Assembly (NCBI GenBank): GCA_947444305.1
Contig: CANEZP010000013.1
Span: forward strand, 65,375-129,374
Reading direction: 5' to 3'
DNA from: Pseudobdellovibrionaceae bacterium
GTDB taxonomy: Bacteria > Bdellovibrionota > Bdellovibrionia > Bdellovibrionales > UBA1609
Length of the DNA: 64,000 nt
A program made the translations under genes and the position numbers. The notes below the pieces were generated by a model. It was given only the letters and a program-made list of their open reading frames with translations. It had not been told where the DNA came from and searched no databases. Positions within the stretch are counted from its first letter, which is position 1. Every line of letters starts with the position of its first letter. Below are positions 63,353 to 64,000 of the stretch, one piece after another.

Positions 63353-64000
63353 ATGCCAACTTCATTCGACTCAATCATGATCTTCAGCGACGGTGCGTGC
63401 ACCGGAAACCCCGGGCCCGGCGGCTGGGGCACGGTCATCGTCTACCCCGAGGGCCGCGTGCGCGAACTCGGCGGGGGCAACCCCGAAACGACGAACAACC
63501 GTATGGAAATGGTCGGTGCCCTGCGCGGACTCGCCGCGCTCGAAGCGCCCGTGAACAGTGAGATCGAGATGTTCACCGATTCCACCTACGTCATCCGTGG
63601 GATCACGCAATGGATCTGGGGTTGGCGCAACCGCGGCTGGAAAAATGCCGAGGGCAAAGAAGTTTCGAACCGCGACTTGTGGGAGGAACTCTCACGACAA
63701 GTCGCGAGGCTAAAACCCACCGTGATCCATTGGCGTTACGTCCGCGGTCATACCGGCGTGCCCGGCAACGAACGCTGCGACGAAATTTCGGTCGCGTTCG
63801 CGAAGGGCCGCAAAATAAATTTATTCGACGGCCCACTGCTCGAATACCCGCTGGCGATCCACGATCTGCCCGACAGTCTCGAGTTACCGCCAATGAAAAC
63901 AGCGGAGCAGCAAAAGAAAAAAGAACCGGCATTTTCGTATTTAAGTTATCACGGGGGCATCGTTTTTAGGCACAAGACCTGGGCCGAATGCGAACGCCGA
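63353..64000 (+). CDS. rnhA: Ribonuclease HI with C-terminal extension (3' end beyond the window)
   Basis: The frame is open from the ATG at 63353 (alternative 63377, MIFSDGACTGNPGPGGWG) to the window edge. DEDD residues lie in SDGAC, NNRMEM, FTDSTY and NERCDE. It is missing from the ORF track because there is no stop in the window. Confidence 0.9.
   Translation, partial: MPTSFDSIMIFSDGACTGNPGPGGWGTVIVYPEGRVRELGGGNPETTNNRMEMVGALRGLAALEAPVNSEIEMFTDSTYVIRGITQWIWGWRNRGWKNAEGKEVSNRDLWEELSRQVARLKPTVIHWRYVRGHTGVPGNERCDEISVAFAKGRKINLFDGPLLEYPLAIHDLPDSLELPPMKTAEQQKKKEPAFSYLSYHGGIVFRHKTWAECERR

Noticed and set aside
1-64000. Scan for tRNA, rRNA, tmRNA and RNase P RNA signatures (T-loop GGTTCGAATCC-like strings, GAGGAAAGTCC, tmRNA termini)
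   Set aside because: No convincing match was found by eye. This is a manual scan, so a dedicated tool (tRNAscan-SE, Infernal) could still find something I missed.

Overview
This looks like a chromosomal window from a diderm (Gram-negative) bacterium, moderately GC-rich by eye. The gene content includes Kdo transferase, Lgt, an AsmA-like protein, many outer-membrane (OM) beta-barrels, an HD-GYP protein, a eukaryote-type squalene-synthase-like gene and a DUF222-style HNH gene. That mix would fit a Bdellovibrionota/deltaproteobacteria-like organism, but taxonomy cannot be established from the sequence alone. I support about 50 CDS. Recognisable housekeeping genes are a CDF metal exporter, waaA, acs, nrdAB, lgt, maf, hemB, uvrA, a Fur-family regulator, sucA-sucB-lpdA, an acyl-CoA desaturase, an M20 peptidase, plsC and rnhA. 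I recognised no rRNA, tRNA, CRISPR array, transposase or integrase. The best candidate for an undescribed system is a set of three translationally coupled gene pairs on the minus strand, each an OM beta-barrel followed by a large lipoprotein. Two pairs are tandem paralogues (11179-18587) and the third has a lipoprotein of about 1470 aa (2363-7916). The tandem pairs lie in a same-strand run with an M14-like peptidase, an alpha/beta hydrolase, YceI and a polytopic membrane protein. Other notable items are listed below.
- A SulP anion transporter has its STAS domain replaced by a Cam/CcmM-type gamma-carbonic-anhydrase domain. It sits in an apparent operon with two SPFH/band-7 genes.
- A family of modular palindromic intergenic repeats occurs in the same module order but inverted orientation on both sides of the lgt-maf-hemB block. 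Further copies lie after lpdA and next to the HNH gene.
- An AT-richer HNH-endonuclease locus carries four copies of a 14-bp GC palindrome.
- A distant FabV-like protein sits behind a long structured leader.
- Orphan intrinsic-terminator-like hairpins in a divergent intergenic region suggest an sRNA or leader.
- An RNase HI has a C-terminal hybrid-binding-like domain.
All functional calls rest on motif recognition by eye and from memory. No database search was run.
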